Assembly (NCBI RefSeq): GCF_002113885.1
Contig: NW_018407082.1
Coordinates: forward strand, 762,490-826,489
Length of the DNA: 64,000 nt
Origin: Mizuhopecten yessoensis
Lineage: Eukaryota
Direction: 5' to 3'
Made by a program: the position numbers and the translations under genes. The notes under the pieces were generated by a model that saw only the letters and a list, made by a program, of their open reading frames with translations, did no database searches and was not told the DNA's origin. Positions 36,801 to 48,800 of this stretch are shown here, piece after piece; the first letter of the stretch is position 1, and each line of letters begins with the position of its first letter.

Positions 36801-39800
36801 GTGTACATAGGAGCTCTAAGAACAGTTCAGTGTACATAATATCTCTAGGAACAATTCAGTGTACATAGAAGCTCTAGGAACAGTTCAGTGTATATAGGAG
36901 CTCTAGGAACAGTTCAGTGTACATATGAGCTCTAGGAACAGTTCAGTGTACATAATATCTCTAGGAACAGTTCAGTGTACATAAGAGCTCTAGGAACAGT
37001 TCAGTGTACATATGAGCTCTAGGAACAGTTCAGTGTACATAGGAGCTCTAGGAACAGTTCAGTGTACATAAGAGCTATAGGAACAGTTCAGTGTACATAG
37101 CAACTCTATGAACTGTTCAGTATACATATGAGCTCTAGGAACAGCTCAGTGTACATAGGAGCTCTAGGTACAGTTCAGTGTACATAGGAGCTCTAGGAAC
37201 AATTCAGTGTACATAGGAGCTATAGGAACAGTTCAGTGTACATAGGAGCTATAGGAACAGTTCAGTGTACATAGGAGCTCTCGGAACAGTTCAGTATACA
37301 TAGGAGCTCTAGGTACAGTTCAGTGTACATAGGAGCTCTAGGAACAGTTCAGTGTACATAGGAGCTCTAGGAACAATTCAGTGTACATAGGAGCTCTAGG
37401 AACAATTCAGTGTACATAGGAGCTCTAGGAACAATTCAGTGTACGTAGGAGCTCTAGGAACAGTTCAGTGTACATATGAGCTCAAGGAACAATTCAGTGT
37501 ACATATGAGCTCTAGGAACAATTCAGTGTACATAGCAACTCTATGAACTGTTCAGTATACATAGGAGCTCTCGCAACAGTTCAGTGTACATAGGAGCTCT
37601 AGGTACAGTTCAGTGTACATAGGAGCTCTAGGAACAGTTCAGTGTACATAGGAGCTCTAGGTACAGTTCAGTGTACATAGGAGCTCTAGAATTCATTCAG
37701 TATAATTTTGAGCTCCAGAAAGATGCCGCATAAGAAGTGAGCTCTAGATAGACCTTAATGTAAGTATGATCTCTGATAAAAATTTGGTGTAACTTGGAGC
37801 TCCAGAAGTGTTGCTTTGAACCCAAAATAGGGTTCATTGTATACCCTGGGTAGAAGAGATAACCACAGTTGTTAAATTTAGAACAATGTATTTCAATATC
37901 TTTGTTTGGAACACCTTCCACACAACTACACTAGACCAATATTGCTGTATTTGACCACCACCAGTCTCTACAGAGAATGACTGGCCTGGCACGGTGACCA
38001 CTACCCTACCTAATATGACCTGAATGGTCCATCATACAAATGTATGATGACATCTCATGGCCAGAGATCGTTAATATCAATCTATCATCATATTCCTCTT
38101 GGAATTTTTCCACTGGGATTTGACGGCCACAATGGCTGAGGCCTACCTAGGTCAGTCACCAGGCACTGTTGGTGTTTTTTTCTGGGCACTCCTTCTTTCC
38201 TCCATCACCAACACCTGGCTCATCTTTAAATGACCAAAACTGTTCATAGCGCTAAAACAAAACAAAAAACAACAAAAAACAACTATTTAGTGTTAAATCT
38301 ATAGGTTCTAATTGTCCATGAGATGTTTCCAGGAAAATTGTATCCTTAACAAAGAACGTTAAAATGAACATGATATTGTATCTTTTCCTCTATAAGTAAA
38401 ACGGTGGCTGATATCAGATAGCTTTGTGTATAGATTTTAAAGACATACCCTGGAAAGCTGTTTTTTCTGACGCTGAATCTAATCTAATTAAAACAGAGGG
38501 TACAGCTCTGTGCCTCTCGGGGGATGGGTTCACTACGAAGTTACGGCTAGGGTCGGCTAGATTTACATATCCTATCAAACCAATCACACTTTCTATCTGT
38601 AGAGGGACGGCCTCTGTAGTTGTCTGACAATGTTGACTGGTGTTGATCAGCAGAGGTTATTTGATGGTGTGGGATTTGTTCAGAACCGTAAGGGAATTGA
38701 TTTTACAAATGGCTAGGTATCAATCTAGTGTGATGAATGTCTGACGGAGTTTTGTATCAATACGTCACAGGATGACATTCATCAATATTCCACATAGTCT
38801 GTCCGATAATTTTTCAGAATCTCAGATATTCTGTCCTTGAAAAATAGAAATTTTCTCCGGATTTTTCCATATACAAAGATAAAAGTATGGATGTGAAAAT
38901 GAATCGAGGAAGGCAGTATACTTTCTTTCGATATGGATGTATTTATATTCTTGAAAATTTAAATGACATTAGGAAGAGCAAGTTCAACTTCATTATTTAC
39001 AAAACTGCTTAAAATCCTTGCTTGTAGTGATTGGTTAAGAAAACAATAGTTCAAGGTCATACATGAAATCATTCACCCCTGAAATTTTATAATCATGATA
39101 ATAATTCTTATATACCGCTTTATCACAACCTATTTCGTAGGTCGTCTCAAAGTGGTTCATAAATTATCATCCTTGGTTATAGAGCCTTTGCAACAAGCCA
39201 ATACCTTTCTCAACTCCCTTGGGAGCATACAGCCGGTGCTGCCATTCAGTGCTCACAGCTAGCATTCTACAATTCTAGCACTACCCAACCACGTACTCAT
39301 TTACAGCTGAGTAGACTGGAACAAGCAGAGTAAAGTAGCTTGCCCAAAGATACAACACTAATGTTCAAATGTGTCTTCAGGGGTGAATGAATTAAAAGAT
39401 GTTTTAATTCCCTAGCTCACTGATACATGTTATTAGATATTCCTCAAAAAGTTGGTTGGATTTTATTTAAATATTAAAGGTCATTACTTAAAAAATCAGC
39501 TCAAATTAGTCAGTAATTAATGTATATCATTATTTACAAAGTCTCTCACAGTTATGATAGATGAGGAACAAAATACCAGGCATCAATACCAGGCATCAAT
39601 ACCAGGGACCTTCATCCTGAAATATGTGGGAATAAATGATCAGTCTATGCAAATTATATCTTTATAGTTGATTTAAAAAACAGGATGTACAACTGATGAT
39701 GCAGAACATAAAATTATAAAAAAAAAATCAATATTTTTTTTGAAAATTGTTGCCAATAACTTGTTGAGCCAAAAATGTATTAACTACTGCAGCTAAAACC

Positions 39801-42800
39801 CATAATATAATCAGAAACAGTACCTCATTTGATTAAACATTTGTCCGTGCAGTAAAAAATCAAGTTAGCTAGTAAAAACAAAATTCATAGATTTTTAGCT
39901 CACCTGGCCAGTCCGTCGTCAACATTTTACTTTAAACAACTTCTTCTCAGTAACCAAAAAAGCCTAGGGTGATGATATTTAGCAAGAAGCATGTTGGGAT
40001 GAAGGGCTACCAAGTTTGTTCAAATAAATGACCTTCATCCATTTTCAAGGGCACAGGGGTCAAATATGTTAAAATCATTAAACAACTTCTTCTGAATAAC
40101 CAAGAGGCCTAGGGTGATGATATTTGGCCAGTAACATGCTGGGATGAAGGGCTACCAAGTTTGTTCAAAAAAATGACCTTAACTTATACTCAAGGTCAAA
40201 GGGGTCAAATATGTTTAAAACCTTTAAACAACTTCTTCTGAATAACCAATACGCATAGGGTGCTTAAATTTGGCAAGTAACATGCACAGATGAAGGGCTA
40301 CCAAGTTTGTTCAAATGAATGACCTTGACAAATTTCAAGGTCACAATGGTGAAATATGTTTAAAAACTTTAAACAACTTCTTCTGTAAAACCGAAATGTC
40401 CAGGGTGATGATATTTGGTCAAAAGGATGTTAGCAAGAAGGGCTACGAAGTTTGTTCAAATGAATGACCTTTGCCCATATTCAACATCACAGGGGTCAAT
40501 TGTCTTGAAAACCTTTTAACGACTTCTTCTGTATAACCAAAAGGTCCAGGGTGATGATATTTGGCCAGAAGGATGTTGGCATGAAGGGCTACCAAGTGTG
40601 TTTAAACAAATGACCTTCAATCATATTCAAGGTCAAAGGGATCAAAAAACCTTTAAATGACTTCTTTTGTATAACCAAAAGGTCCAGGGTGATGATATTT
40701 GGCCAGAAGAATGTCGGCATGAAGGGCTACGAAGTTTGTTTAAATGAATGACCTTTGCCTATAATCAAGGTCACAGGGGTCAAATATGTTGAAATCTTTA
40801 AACGACTACTCTGAATAACTTAGGTGTACAGGGTGATTGCTTGTAGATATGAATGACCTTGATACGTTTTCATGGTCACATCTGGTCCATAGTGCATAAA
40901 TCTTTAAAAGTCATCTTCTGGATAAACAAAAAGTATAACGTGGTGATATTTGGCAAATTGCATTCTGGGAGGAAGGGCTATGAAGTTTGTTCAACTTAAT
41001 GTCCATGTTTGACTTTCAAGGTCACAGTGTCAAATGTGTTTTAATTGTTTAACAGGTTCTTCTGAATGACTTGAAGTCAAGACACTGATATTTTGCCTGT
41101 TGCTTTATTTTATTCCACTTTTAAGGTTACATTTGTGAGATTAATACCAGGTGAGCAATGCAGGCCCATTTGGCCTCTTGTTTCATTCACAAAAAGTCCA
41201 TTTACAACATAACAAAGATATTAATTTTCATTGATTGAAAAACAATGGCTATAGCTCAAAAAACATGTTCCAGACTAACAAAGCAGCTAAGTACTCGTGA
41301 AATAAAGTTCATAAAACAGTTCATGGTTTACGAAATGAAGTCCATAGCTCACAAAAAAGTTCAGGGACTACAAACAAAGCTCATGGCTGATAAATCAAAG
41401 GCTTTACAAATAAAATATATTTGCAAGGATTTGATGAAAACTTTCCCCCAATAAAATGTTCATAAAATATTCCCTTGATATACCGTCGCAGCATCGCTAT
41501 TTTTCTCTGTACATTTCTGGCTGTCTGTTTAACGTTTTCTGCGACGTCATGGCATGTCAAGTTGTCAGTAGGCAGAGTAAACTGTCGCCTTTACAAAGCA
41601 CTCAAAGTTTTTATTTTCACAAAAAAACACCATGCATATTTGCCATTAAGGATTGTGTGGTAACGATTCTGTCAGAATGTCCCATCGTAGGCCCTTTTAA
41701 GGAGGTGAGAACTCAGGAACATCTCTTTGTTGTGTTTATATAGATGGCTGCTATACCTAAAAATCAATAAGTAATGGATTCACAGGTTTGAGAAGTTGAT
41801 AACAAGTGATTTGTAAGAGAAGGGACGGACGGGACATGTGTAAATCCTTTGTCCAACCCCAGTCTGTCTGATGGGCAAAAAATACTCGCTTCGTGTGGCC
41901 ATATAAATGATGTAACCATGGCGATGATATCATGGGTGTTGAAAGTTTTCTGGGTCTACATGAAATATTGATGTGCAGGTTATGTGATTCACAGAGGCGT
42001 GTGACGAAAGACACTTGACTGATAGTTCTACAAACAGATCGATGCCTACAGGCGGCAATCCACGAATACATAGCGCACAGTGATCTTAGCAAACTTTACA
42101 GTGATCTCAAAGTAAACTTAGCTAACTTACCTTACCTAAATCATACTTTGTAGAAAACTGAATTAATCAAACAAAACAGTATTCTATGTAAAAATGCAAC
42201 ACAGGACCAAACTAGGATTTGAACCCTGGACCCCTGTTCATCATGTTGTTGTTCTATCCACTGAGATACTAGATCAGCAGTTTCACACATGTCAAGTCAA
42301 CAGACAGCTACATCTAAAACAGCTTTTGATGTGGCCATCTAGTTGGAAACTTTACTTTATTAAGTGGTTACAGGCCTAATAAAATCTATTACCTGTAACT
42401 GAGCGAGATTGGGTTTTCTCAGTCGAGGGTTAAGATTCTGTAACAAAATCCCAACCGAGGCGTAAGCCGAGTTTGGGATGTTACAGAATCTTAGCCCGAG
42501 ACTGAGATAACCCAATACGCCTCGGTTGGGATTTTGTTACAGAATCTTAACCCTTGACTGAGAAAACCCATCTCGCTCAGTTACAGGTAATTGATTTTTT
42601 TTCTCGCACCTTTTAGTTCGATCAAAATTATTTTTTTTGCTAAAAACTAGGGTAAGGGTTAGGGTAAGTATCCCGTCTGGGGCCTCAAATGATAATGACC
42701 TCTTCACTACTTAAGCTACATTTGAATGCTTCCGCGTAAAAATGCTGTCCGTTCTTACATAGATGAAAACTTATTTCACAGTGTAGATTATATTTTATCT

Positions 42801-45800
42801 ACAACATAAGATATCTAACAACATCAAAACTATACATATAACAAAACAGAACATTTATAATGCAGATTGTCAATTTCAAGCAGTTAACGCCTGGATGAAT
42901 ACATCGCAGTGTAAAAATTCCGCGAAATGTTGCATAAAGGTGCTAGACAGATCGGACGAGATAGAAAAATCTAGCATGGGGTATGACGTGGTATATGACA
43001 GAGGTGCGAGAAAAACTAAACTGATTTTGTTCATCTGTTTAAATTGGCCCCTTTTGTGCAAGGACTAGAATAGAGACAGAAATAAAACTGGGCACAATAA
43101 CCTATTTTAGAGGATGGTAGACGAAGTCTCACTATATGGGGTAAAACAATAAAAAACAATTAGTATTCCTCATCCTTTTATTTAACTACAGGCTAACCAA
43201 ACTAATTGTGATAGAGAAATTCCTTCAAAACTAAACTCTCCTCCACTTAGTGTTTGACTGGATACTAGGATTAGAAATGAAATCAGGCCTCCAGACACAA
43301 GTAGATTTTGCTAGCCTTTGTACATGCCAAATTTAATAACAAATAGTTTTAACATTATTACCCCTCGCTGTATTTAGTCATCTCAAGGCATTACTACAAT
43401 AACCTTTCAATTGGAGAATTCTTATTGATCTACAATCAGTGGGGACTACTCTGTATTATTATTTCCTTTTCAAAGTTTTTTTTTTCATATCTGAATCTGG
43501 TTTGGGATTTAGATGGTAAGCTTACAGATTCTTTACAGAGGAAATAATTTAGCTGTTTCTGGGTTTTTTTTTAAGGACCAACCAGTAGGCCAAAAAGCTT
43601 GTAAGTGAGGAACATTCACAAATATAACACAGATATCTGTTTCAATAAAAATTTGGAAGATGTCCCTATATCCACTTGCACATCATCTGCAGGATTAGGG
43701 AGAACTCATTATATCATATTATATAAGGAGGGGAGAAGTCTGTTTTTAATTTTACCACAGGCCTAGACCATCTTGAGCTGTCTATAACATTTATATAAGA
43801 CAATGTAAAGTTTCTGGTCGCTTCGTTTCACAATTCTAAAAAACAGTAATTTGATAGAAGATAGCATTATTGCAGGTTTTGTGCTAAAAATAACTCTGCT
43901 CCTCTATACCTATTTGGATCAGATGTTGGTAATTAATGTCAGATGTCAGGAAAAGCTCCTTTTTCTAAAACAAATTCATACATATGTTTGTAGGGAAAGG
44001 TCAGACTGGTCTGAACCGTTTTTATAATTTCTTTTGCCATTATAGAAAATCAAATTCAATAGTTAATTAATTTCATAACAATGCTACATGATAAAGAACA
44101 TCAAAGGCTTTCTAAACGTCAGCATAGACATTAATATTAACTGGGGGGGGGGGGGGGGGNNNNNNNNNNNNNNNNNNNNNNNNNNNNNNNNNNNNNNNNN
44201 NNNNNNNNNNNNNNNNNNNNNNNNNNNNNNNNNNNNNNNNNNTTTTTTTTTTTTACATCTCTCTGAACCAGAATACCGTACAAGTGTATGAATTTCCACT
44301 GTAGCTCTTTTTGAAATTTTTGAAAATGAATTTTTACAAAAAATCAAAATCTGTCACCACATACCGTAAGATAAATTCCAGTATGTGCAGATGTCAATTA
44401 TATATAAGCTGGTGAACTTATTTCTTTATACTTGATAAATTATTCATCCTATCTATCTGGTAAACTGTTGCTGTCGGTGTGTTGTGTGTACAGAGTGGTA
44501 GCTGAGACAGACACACAGCCATATGTTATATCTGGAACTCTAAACACAGCCAGCAGGTATTCAGAAGATTACTAACAAAAACAAATAACTTACAGGCAAT
44601 CTGGTGTTTTTTTGTTTGGCAGCAATACTTTGACATGTTTAGATAACTTTTTACTGATAGAACTACAAGAAATCTTTAAAGTACACTCCAGGCTTGAGTC
44701 CTACATTAACACATGGTAAAGCAGAGGTGTTTTATTATAAGTGAGTGACAGAAAATATTAACTAAAATGAAAAAAATACAACCGTATTTTGGTTATTTGA
44801 CTTGATTTTCAGTAGAATTCAGTGTGGTGTTAAGTCCGCTAGAGTTATTTCCCTTTCGAAACATTGATGTTGGGGTAAAAAAATGAATAAAAATAAGTGA
44901 ACTGTAAAGGGCCCAAGTGTCAACTACAATTTCTTATTGTGAATATTTCAAAAAAAAGAAGACGGCTTAACACGAACCTCAATGTACCATTACTAATTAG
45001 GTCTTCTGTTTGTCTTTGTAATTTTGTATGCAACCTTTTAGTAAGCCCATTTGTTGCTTTTACAGATGCCCCGCCCCCATACCCTGGTGTGGGTCCAGTA
45101 CAGCAGCATCCTCACGCCCTTCGTCACACTGACAGGAAGTTATCTGCCCCTGTCTTAGGTTCACGGGACACAGCCCCGACCATGCCCAATGAGAACCGTC
45201 TGTCACGCTGTGACGAGGTGGAGAACATACCTGAGGTCGTTCAAGAAGAACCGTTCACAGATGACATTGTGTCTCATCCACCACAATTTCAGAGGTAACC
45301 AAGGAGACAGTTTAATTATACTCTTTTCAGTATCATTCCCACCTTTACCTGATTAACGGTAGGGTTTCAGTTCTCGCTTGGTTGACCTGGCATTAGTTTC
45401 TTTATAGACATTGTTCAATTTATCAAATTATAACCAAAAGGTCAAGGTCACAAGGTCAAATAAAGGTCATCTTCTATGATTTTGATTTTATTATCAAATT
45501 ATTAACATCATGAATCATATATATTAAAATGTAAATCTTAGTATGATTCTAGTAAAGGCATGAAATGTATGCGTTGTTCTTCCTCTTTCCCAGGAGTGCT
45601 ACATCGCCGTACATCGAACACGACCTAGAATCTCCACCACCCCCTCCCCCTCCGTTGGACCCTGAGGAGCTGGCCCTCAGTCCTCCATCCTTAAGGTCTA
45701 CCCCTAACAGGCAGCAGGACCCTGACTCCTCCCAGTCCATAGACGGTCACGGCCCAAGGAGTAATGTCAGCGTCCTATCTTCCTCGCGCACAGAGGACTC

Positions 45801-48800
45801 CGAGGATGATCCTAAGCGCAAAATTAAGGTTTGTATTGCTCAGATATCTGTTTTATGTACACTGGGAAATATGTGCGGCAGTTTAACTTTTGACCTCTCA
45901 GTGTTTGTTATGAGAGTGAGTATATCATGACAGCAAATATTGGTACAAAGCATACTATATATAGTAATTTAAGGTGAAAAGCGAAAGTTTGGCTTGGCCA
46001 AAATTTCCCAGTAGACAAATACTTCAAATGTGCTTTTGTACCAACTTAAATAGTGGAGACTTTATCATGAAAGTCCTACGATGGTCCGAATTGTGTCTTT
46101 TCCATACTTTTTCGCAAAACCATGCTTATTTTTAACTTTCATGAATTTCAATGAATACAATTTTAAAAAGATTGAAAATAGTGACATCTTACAAAATAAA
46201 TTGTGACCTGTATTTATAATCTCTCATCCAACAGCGACACCCTGCTGACCGAGCCTATTACATTGCCAAAGAATTACTGATGACAGAACGCACATATCGC
46301 AAAGATCTCGAGGTCATCACCGTGGTGAGTAGAAGACACAGTCTCTAAGGTGATGTCCAGGGTCATGACCACTGTCAAAAGGTCAAAGGTCATGACCTCT
46401 GGTTTTGTTTTATCGTGATTATATCTTGACAACCTTTGAGAAAACAATGTCTGATTTAAATTTGAAAGTGACTGATAGTAAAAAAGTAGTACCTGCTTAT
46501 CTAAGTTCGTTAAATATTGGAAATTTCCTAAATCAACTATTCAACTAGACATTGGAAGTTTTTTTAATCTTTTTCCTTTAATTGTATGTATTAGTGGTTC
46601 CACAATGCCGTTAGTATGGAGGGAGCTGTACCTGAGCCCACAGAAAACCTGTTCTCTGCCTTGGAGCCCATCTACCAGTTCCACAGCAAATTCCTCATGG
46701 ACATTGACCAACGTATATCAATGTGGTAGGTATACATCGTATCAGGTACCCCCAGTGAATCCTGGGACTGATTATATCTAGTTCAATTAAGTATATACAT
46801 GTACTGGCCCATAACCTTGACGTTATGCTTGTATAGGTACATGTAGTTTGAAATATGAAATTATTCATCAGCCTTGGTCAGTCCTGAAGTCTTACTTGCT
46901 GTAAAATGTTTAAAGTCCGGTCTAGCATTACTGGTACCAATTATAAATACAATTCTTGTGTAGATCAGGACATAACATCAACTTTTGGCAACCAGTATAT
47001 TTATTCAAAGAGATTTGTCATAAGAATTTAGATTTAGATATCAATGAAATGCCTGTGAATGTGTTAATTAGTTTGTATGGCATTTTAACAGGGAAGGAAA
47101 ATCCAATGCCCACCTGAATGGTGACTACCAGAGAATTGGAGACGTGCTCATGAACAACCTCCCTAAGGCTCTGACGGTAAGTCTTAAAGAGCAAATAGCT
47201 ACTCAACCTGGGTACACCTAGATTACAAGCCGCTAATTATAATACCTGTCAGAAAAGGAAGTAACTAAAGCATTTCTTTATCATTTTATCATCATATGAT
47301 TTATATTATATGTTAAATCAGTTTGCAGTTGTATTTTGTTTCAAACATAAAGAAAAGGGCATAAATACTGGCCTAAAATAACAGTGATTCCACTTTTGAT
47401 AAAATTTGTTATCTCTTTATTTCAGTGTTGCACTTCCATTTCATTTCTTTATTTATATTATGTCAAAAATGAGTTTGATAACATTTTTTTCCGAAAACAT
47501 AAAAAAAAAGGATAAAAAAGAGAAAAGTTCCTATTTATTGACAAAGATATTTTGGAAGAGAAGTTTAAAGTTGGTAGTGTTTATATTAGTCTGAAGCACT
47601 TAATTAAGTGCTCAGCTTCCTCAACTTTCAGCTTTGTGTAGAGAGATAACTGACTAAAACTAATGAAATGACATAGCTTAATAATTCTGTTGCAATTTGA
47701 TATAATGTTTTCAATATTAGTAAATGCTATTTAAAGATGGATTTGTTTTTATTGGAATGTTGGGTTAGTGTTTCCTGGTTCTTCATTACACCTCATTAAA
47801 GATAACTTAGACGGATTTACTTAATGAAACCATACTTCCATCTCCCACAGACATTGAAATCTTCCTTGTCTGATAAAAACATATTACCCACTATAAATCC
47901 ACTTCTTAAAGCCGACTAATTACCTGGGGTATTGATAGCTTAGAAGGATTCATTTAATGAACCATTACTACCGTCTCCAAAAAACAAGGAAAAGTTTTAT
48001 TTTATACACAATAAAGGTACGTAACGCTCGACTACAGGATGTTTCAATTATCATTTGAGAGTGTAAACACACTTTATTTAGTTATACTTCATTGTATATT
48101 TCCAGGTGTTTTATAAGAATTATTTAGATAAACAAGAGGGCATCCTGACAGAGCTGGAACATGCAGTCAAGAAGCAGAAGTCTTTTGAAAAGATGTATAA
48201 GGAATTTGAGTCACAGAAAGTGTGTTACCTCCCCTTGAATACGTTCATTCTCAAGCCAGCACAGCGAATCCTTCACTATAAGCTTCTCCTGGAACGTGAG
48301 TATGACACAGACAGTGGGTGACTGTCTGATAGCCAGTGTGTTTAAGTTCTACAATGCAACATTATAAAATTGAGTTTTGAAATTTTGGTTTGCAGGAGAA
48401 ATGGGTCGGGAGTAGAGATTACCAAGCTACTGGAATTCTAAATACTATGTTTCAGAATACCAGTAAATAATAACTGGTATATCCTAATATTATATCACTA
48501 ATAAATGCTATAATTTATAAAAGGTAAAATTACTGTTGGGAAAATGGCACTTTTAGCGTAAATTAAAACCAGCTCACTAGACAGAATGAGGAACATGTTT
48601 AATTTACAGTAATTTGGCGCAGTATATTGAGTTTGTTTACTTTGAATAGTGCTTGTTATGTAGAACTCGTAAAACTAGTGTTTTGTTTTGATTTCCAGGC
48701 CTAACAAAGCATTACTCCAAAGACCACCAGGACTATGCAGACTGTAATGGTGAGTAAGGCTATGATAGCCCACTGGAGATCTGTGAGTAGGGGGTATGAT

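Noticed and set aside
16291-37690. Regular repeat arrays as CRISPR
   Set aside because: Head-to-tail monomers without unique spacers, in a spliced eukaryotic gene with no cas genes
41456-42092. CpG-richer stretch with short ORFs on both strands as a nested gene
   Set aside because: No recognisable protein similarity or consistent splice pattern; may be regulatory or a decayed element, which cannot be resolved by eye
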